DNA of 64,000 nt from a virus. The notes below the pieces were generated by a model. The model did not search any database, was not told the origin of the DNA, and saw nothing but the letters and a program-made list of their open reading frames with translations. Positions within the stretch are counted from its first letter, which is position 1, and each line of letters opens with the position of its first letter. Below are positions 61,245 to 64,000 of this stretch, piece by piece. The position numbers and the translations under genes were made by a program. The DNA lies in the IMG/VR virus record IMGVR_UViG_3300002056_000074; one strand, 5' to 3'.

Positions 61245-61976
61245 TTATACTCTGGGTGCAATAATTACGTTTAATTTATTTATATTCGCGGATAATGTGC
61301 CGAGTTCACCAACCAATAATGTATTATCAGTTGAATGTTTCATCACACTCAATAGAACTTTAGTAGGATAACGATTGGCAAATCCACAATTTTCATCATC
61401 CACTGGACTGACAAATCCCTCAATCTCGTACTTAAATTCACTTTGGTTTATATCTCGCATTTGTAGAAAAACAACATCTGAATCTAATTCTTTAACAAAT
61501 AAGACTTCATCGGCCTTCATGGTCATAGCACCACTTTTTATCATGTCAACAGCCTCTGGGGGCAATTCAAAGGCACAGTGATCAACATCTTTGGCCTTTT
61601 TTGGTGCGGTGATTCTTGTCCCCTTCATACATCTATAATCAATAGTTAATCCTTTTGATTTCATTGTGATGGTTTTGACACCATCACCATTATCCAAATC
61701 TATGCTTAGGTCATCACCATCATTATTTGTATGTAATTTGTATCGCTGTATGAATTGGGCGGCATCACCAATTGCTAACGAATCAAATGGAACCTCTAAA
61801 TCGAAAGTTTCTTCGAGAAGAATGATTTGCTTTTTTTCATCCATTCCCCGAATCCCCTCTTCATCAATAACAAAACTTTCAATGCCAACATCGTTAGCAG
61901 TTTTGGCAATATTGCAAATAAATTCTTCTACATCAGTTTCTAGTTTCATGTTTTTTATCTTATCATACACTATCAT
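61245..61976 (-). CDS. Probable sliding clamp (gp45/PCNA-like)
   Basis: Acidic ~235-aa protein with repeated alpha/beta pattern, near DNA polymerase; probable start 61949. Confidence 0.55.
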   Translation of the reverse strand: MIVYDKIKNMKLETDVEEFICNIAKTANDVGIESFVIDEEGIRGMDEKKQIILLEETFDLEVPFDSLAIGDAAQFIQRYKLHTNNDGDDLSIDLDNGDGVKTITMKSKGLTIDYRCMKGTRITAPKKAKDVDHCAFELPPEAVDMIKSGAMTMKADEVLFVKELDSDVVFLQMRDINQSEFKYEIEGFVSPVDDENCGFANRYPTKVLLSVMKHSTDNTLLVGELGTLSANINKLNVIIAPRV

Positions 61977-62002
61977 TGATTTAAAGGTTAATATTATCGT
62001 GA

Positions 62003-62347
62003 TTATTCAATCAGTGCCATCACATCAACATGATATTCATATTTCATTTCTGCAATTTCTTCAATAGTTCGTCCACCAAATTCATTATCTAATATTTCCT
62101 GAAGAAGATTATCGTCAATGTCACCATTAGAGTCAGTAACATAATAGTTACCCGTAAAGTAATCAATTATATAATCAAGTTTAATTTTTTTTATTGCATC
62201 TTTTACTTTTGGATGTTGATCTATTTTAGTTAAATTTGTAATTTCAGATTCTGGGATAATAAGCAAATGATTATGTGCGTAGAATACATTCCAATCTTCT
62301 CTAGCGCCAGTATCTTCATCAACAACAATGTTTATATAATAATTCAT
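62003..62347 (-). CDS. Hypothetical acidic protein
   Basis: Intact ORF with GAGAG RBS and TGaTATACT upstream. Confidence 0.55.
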   Translation of the reverse strand: MNYYINIVVDEDTGAREDWNVFYAHNHLLIIPESEITNLTKIDQHPKVKDAIKKIKLDYIIDYFTGNYYVTDSNGDIDDNLLQEILDNEFGGRTIEEIAEMKYEYHVDVMALIE

Positions 62348-62406
62348 TTTTATCTCTCGTCAATATAGTCATTTTCTAGTATATCATATATTTGATCGAA
62401 GTATCA

Positions 62407-63858
62407 TCAGAATTCGAATAAAGATTTAATTTTCATGCTTTGTTTGGTGGGTGCTTCTTCACCAATTGCTTTGATGACATTATTAATAGGTGCATCAACC
62501 AATTTTTCCATATGAAGATTTTTATCAATTTCAAACTCCCAGAACCATTCGGGAATATCAAAATTTTTCATATCAAAAGGTAATGATATTGTTTTAAATC
62601 TCCCGTTTGCTTTTTTAAGGAAGAACTTTCGTGTTTTCATACCAGATGATAATTCTGGTGATAATAAATCATTATACTCTGCCCGCATCAAATTGTAATG
62701 AATGCATGGTCCCACAGTTCCGGGAAGATATGTTGTTGGATCAATATCATAATTTTTGGTATATTCTTCTATTTTATTGACACCAGATGGTATACCAATA
62801 TCTAAGATATCATTAGAATTGAGTAATATATCTTTATAATCAACTACATCTTGTTCTATATCTTCCCACGATTCACCCTTGAGAAGTCGCTCAATGAAAT
62901 TTTCGATGTTTTTTGCAATGGGTTTGGGTATAGTTGCGCGCTTGGAATCCAAACCCATAATTTTCGACTTATCGACTTTATAACCATCTAGATCTACGAG
63001 GTGAAGCATATATTTCTTCTTTTTTACAAATATACCCCGATCAGCAACAATCTCTCGACCACACCGTATGATTTCAGCATTTTCTTTATCTACAAGAAAA
63101 TTGTTCATCATAAATGGAATGAATGATTTGTTAACTTCATCTGCTATTGCATCACCAACCTTTTTAGCTTCATTCGCATTATCTGTAAAAGTATGGAAGT
63201 ATGATGAATCCGTATTGTGTAGAAGAATATCATTACCATAAAATTTATGAGTATCAGCAACTTCGATATCATACACATACTCAGGACTTTTAATTTTTTC
63301 GATATTAGTTGGAACTTTAGGAATAAAACTTTTGTTTTTCACATGAAGGATATGTCTATGTTCCCTGTTGATGATATCAGTTGGTTTAACTTCTATGAGT
63401 GATTTATTGTTAAGAGGACTTAAACCAATCAATGAATGATCTTCAGTAATATCGATGTATCTAGTATTGTCATCAAACCATACTCTATACATTTGTTTAT
63501 CAACTGCGTGCCTGACGACATATTTTATATCTTTATACTGGTTACTGTAACTATCTTCGTCAAATGTTAATGATTTAATGTCACCACGATTACAATATTC
63601 TTTACCTTTTTCATTAACATCAACACTCACAAACAAATCTTCTATTTTTATATCGCCCTGATCAGTAGTTATCATGGTATCTCCTGCAACCGAATCACCA
63701 TATATAATAGCTTCACCAAACTCATCGTAAGAGTCATCAAGTAATTCATTTACTTTGCGGTGCTGGTGGGTCACTATGTGTCTTCCACACGCTGTAGTGC
63801 TTTCTCCGAGTGTTTTATCGGAAAAACGAAAGTAGGCATTCGAGATAGCTCCATATGT
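62407..63858 (-). CDS. Family B DNA polymerase, 3' exon (contains intein)
   Basis: (NS)TYGA..N.YFRF, STTACGR, YGD/TDS, KKKY, KIMGL; the ORF-track Met is the intron end. Confidence 0.92.
   Translation of the reverse strand, partial: TYGAISNAYFRFSDKTLGESTTACGRHIVTHQHRKVNELLDDSYDEFGEAIIYGDSVAGDTMITTDQGDIKIEDLFVSVDVNEKGKEYCNRGDIKSLTFDEDSYSNQYKDIKYVVRHAVDKQMYRVWFDDNTRYIDITEDHSLIGLSPLNNKSLIEVKPTDIINREHRHILHVKNKSFIPKVPTNIEKIKSPEYVYDIEVADTHKFYGNDILLHNTDSSYFHTFTDNANEAKKVGDAIADEVNKSFIPFMMNNFLVDKENAEIIRCGREIVADRGIFVKKKKYMLHLVDLDGYKVDKSKIMGLDSKRATIPKPIAKNIENFIERLLKGESWEDIEQDVVDYKDILLNSNDILDIGIPSGVNKIEEYTKNYDIDPTTYLPGTVGPCIHYNLMRAEYNDLLSPELSSGMKTRKFFLKKANGRFKTISLPFDMKNFDIPEWFWEFEIDKNLHMEKLVDAPINNVIKAIGEEAPTKQSMKIKSLFEF
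63214..63693 (-). mobile_element. Mini-intein (160 aa) in polymerase motif C
   Basis: YGD|SVAGDT ... ITEDHSL ... VYDIEVADTHKFYGNDILLHN|TDS; no LAGLIDADG domain. Confidence 0.92.
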
Positions 63859-64000
63859 CATATTGTTAATCTCCCATCACTGAGAGTGTCGGACTATATC
63901 ATAACCATATGTGATTATATTCACACTTAGGTTCCGGGCGCTGAATCTGGTATTTAAAGGGACTATACCCTGCCAGTAGTCTCTGCACCTTCTAGAAGTG
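63859..64000 (-). mobile_element. 3' part of a group I intron in polymerase motif B
   Basis: R element CAGAGACTAC (63976-63985), S element GATATAGTCC (63891-63900), P9 hairpin 63871-63886, terminal G at 63859 before ACA TAT GGA. Confidence 0.88.

Noticed and set aside
1343-62067. Numerous 60-140 aa ORFs antisense to or nested in long genes
   Set aside because: Shadow ORFs of well-supported genes, with no motifs
63859-63861. ATG as the start of a split polymerase subunit
   Set aside because: It falls mid-motif B, and its G is the terminal G of a group I intron with R and S elements
1-64000. Stop-codon reassignment, tRNAs, or DGR-type TR/VR pair
   Set aside because: Core genes are intact under code 11; no cloverleafs, reverse transcriptase or adenine-variable repeat pairs were seen by eye

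Overview
This 64 kb AT-rich window comes from a T4-superfamily jumbo myophage and uses the standard genetic code. It contains the virion module (tube, small terminase, head completion, sheath, neck, major capsid, scaffold, protease, portal, tape-measure-like protein, baseplate including a 3350-aa wedge protein). It also contains replication, recombination and late-transcription genes: DinG-like helicase, RuvC, gp46/gp47, gp55 sigma, RNase H, sliding clamp, and the 3' exon of a family-B DNA polymerase carrying a group I intron end and a mini-intein. Late genes are preceded by a TAAATA box. Four observations stand out. (1) Five paralogous free-standing genes, one truncated by the window edge, in which the four complete copies fuse a variable Zn-finger array, a PD-(D/E)xK nuclease and a conserved GNAT/Mom-like domain. 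(2) A ~660-bp non-coding locus between RuvC and DinG with a GC-rich nested-stem RNA candidate, a T-rich tract and two sets of direct repeats. (3) Apparent CCWGG avoidance, seen as CCS-GG coding of Pro-Gly. (4) An RBS-sequestering hairpin with a late promoter in its loop ahead of one nuclease gene. All calls come from motif recognition by eye; no searches were run.
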